DNA of 64,000 nucleotides from Nitrosopumilus sp. GTDB lineage: Archaea > Thermoproteota > Nitrososphaeria > Nitrososphaerales > Nitrosopumilaceae. Below, in pieces: positions 30,001-33,000 of this stretch. How positions within the stretch are numbered: the stretch's first letter is position 1; the number at the start of each line of letters is the position of its first letter. Below the pieces are notes generated by a model. It made no database searches. It saw only the letters and a program-made list of their open reading frames with translations, and was not told the origin of the DNA. The stretch spans positions 1,504,001 to 1,568,000 of the forward strand of contig OZ242220.1 in assembly GCA_965206745.1 (NCBI GenBank). Reading direction: 5' to 3'. Position numbers and translations under genes: made by a program.

Positions 30001-33000
30001 TGTCCTGTATATTGTTCAATTGTTGGTCGTGTGTTTACATCCTCCACCTCAAATGGGATGATCATATTGTCTACTTGCTGTCCGGGACCAGTGAGGGTGA
30101 ATGTGAATGTGACTGTGGTGTCGCCGTGAGTATCATCTGGAGTCCACGTGAATACGCCAGTTGTCCTATCAATCGTTGCATCCGTAGCTGTACTTCCCAG
30201 TACAGTCCATTCCGGCGGGTCATCACCTAGATTAGTATCAGGATCAGAGCCAGTCAGCCTAAATGATATCATTTGCTGCTCTGGAGGTGTTTTGTCAATA
30301 TTCACTGGATCTGTCCCTGTTATTATTGGGCGCCGGTTATCATTGGTTACTGTGATTGTGCCTTCCTGGGGACCCTGTGGTGTATTCCTGCCATCACTAT
30401 ATTCCCATACGATGGAATAGGTTCGGGTAGGCTCCAGATAGCTTGCAGTGTCAAATGGGAACATCATTCCAAAGTCACCAGTATTTCGATTCAGAGATAG
30501 TGCAATGTCATCAGGCAGATTGCCGCCTGTGATGGTATATGCGGATTCGTCTAGAGGAATTTCAGTAGGGTTGCTGACTGCATCTGAGAGGGACGGAATC
30601 CTGCCGCCTTCTATTACTCCGACACTATACTCAGACAGAATAGGTGGCTCATTTATGTCACGTGTAAATACTGCTTTAGATACCTCAAATTCAATCACGC
30701 GAGTGGTTTCTGCATCTGAAGGATCAGTGAGGATGACGGTAAACTCGACTGTGGTGTCGCCATGCCCCTCTTTTGGAATCCACAGGAATTCGCCGGTCTC
30801 AGAATCAATATTTGCACCGTCATTCTGGAGGGCCAATCTCCATGTTGGTGCAGCCTCATTCGCATCATCATCTGAAGCAATACTCGTATCAATACGAGTA
30901 TCAAGATCCGTACCGTTAAAGTCAACTGTTACTGCTTGGAATTCTACAGCGTTATAGTTCATCGCCTCTGGAAGAGAATCAATTACAGGGGGACGGTTGA
31001 CGTTCCTTATTTCCAGTTGGCCGTCGTCTAGATTAATTGCATCATTGTTATCGCTATACGTCCAGTCAAAGTTGAGTACTATGGGATCTCGGAAAGTAGT
31101 CACATAATCATAGTTGAAAATGCCTGTGAATCTACGTTCACCGTCTACACGGGGAAGAATCTCTTTTGGTGTAAATACACCAGTCTTGTTATCTAAAGCC
31201 TCCCCAACTGTTGAAGGAATGCTACTTCCTAGATCGTATAAGATGTCGCCATCTACAACATTCTCAACAGGGTCTGTAACTACACTGGAAAAATTTGGAA
31301 TGGTCTGGTTCTCAAATACTATATGTGTGTATGGCACAAACTGGGGTTCCTCATTTACTAGCGTGGGGTCAACATTAGTTATGGTAAATGTGACAGGCTC
31401 TGTGGCAGAGTCACCTGCCGCATCAGTTACAGTGAACATAACATCTATTGTGCGGCCGCCATGCTCATTACCTGGAATCCACCTGAATGTTCCATTCTCC
31501 AGATGAATCGATACATCTGCATCAGCGGCAGGGTCATCAGATGATACGCTCCAGGTTGGTCGACGATCGTTTGTATCATCATCAGAGCCGATCACAGTAA
31601 ATGATATTAGGCCAAACTCAGGGTATGTCGGAAGAATCGAAATCGGTTCAATTGTTGGTTCTCGGTTGTCATTCTCTACAGTTATGGTACCATACTGCAC
31701 CTCTGATGGTTCGGTACCGTCCTCAAATGTCCAAAAGAACTCGTACGTTATGGAATCCTCCAGAGCAGTTACTGCATCATATGTGAACGTCTCTGCAAAG
31801 TTGCCGGTGTTCACATCAAAGGATCCTCTGATGTCATCAGGCAGGTTGCTTGATTCGATGGTATAGCTCAGTACGTTCTCTGCTAAAATTCCATCAGGGT
31901 TTGTAAATACACTAGACAGGGAAGGAATGGCGACATTCTCTGATATCGTTTCTTCGTACGTGTTAAATTGAGATATCCCCCCTACATCAAATGGGATATC
32001 CGTCATGGCTTTTCCTCCACGGCTATCAGCTAGGACAATGTGAGCTATAACACGGGTATTGGCTTGGTCTTGGGTTGGAGTAAATGTGAATAATCCGGAG
32101 TCCCTATCAATATCTGCACCATCAGGAGCATCATCTGGATTGTCAGGCGATATGCTCCATCTTAGTTGTTCATCACCATCAGGATCAGTACCAGTCAGGT
32201 CAAGTCGTACGGTATCTCCAGGATTAGGTGGGATAAAACCAGGAATGTCACCTATTACAGGGTCTTGGTTGGTGTTGTTTACAGTTATCCTACTAGTCTG
32301 CCTCACTGATTCCCCAGAGCCGTCTGTAAATGTCCAGCCAAACTCAAAGGTTGCAGAATCGAGTGCATTGTCTACTGTATCATGGGAGACAACACCATCA
32401 AAGATACCAGTGGTCGTATCCAGAGAAGATGCTATGACCTCTGGGAGGTTTCCAGATTTGATTCTGTATGTGGATATGGGGTCTATTGGATCTTCTACAG
32501 GATTGTCAACTGCAGTAGACAGTGAAAGAAGCGAGCCACCCTCTGCTACTGTTTGTGCGTATTCATCAAATGACGGTGGTGTGTTGCTGTGAAATACAAG
32601 TATTGTACCAGGCATTACTTCTGGGACTTGGCCAGAATTATCTGTATATGCCCACATAAAGTCATAGCGTTCAGGCTCAACATTTCCAGTTGATGTCGTA
32701 TCAAATGGGAACGTGGCTGAAAAGTCACCGGTTTTACGATCAAGGGATTCTGCAATGAGAGTAGGCAGGGTGCCAAATGTTCGGAGTTCATAGTCAATTG
32801 CTGCATCTCCTCCAGTTTCCTCAGGGTCGCTAACGAAACTAGAAAGACTGGGAATTTCCTCTCTTTCTCGTACCCCAGCATTATAAGGTAACACGGTAGG
32901 CACTTCGTTAAGTGGTGGTGGTGTTATAACTATCGGAGCTACATCAAACGCAATAGGCACAGTCGCTGATGCCCTTGAAGGATCAGTCAGGACAATCGTA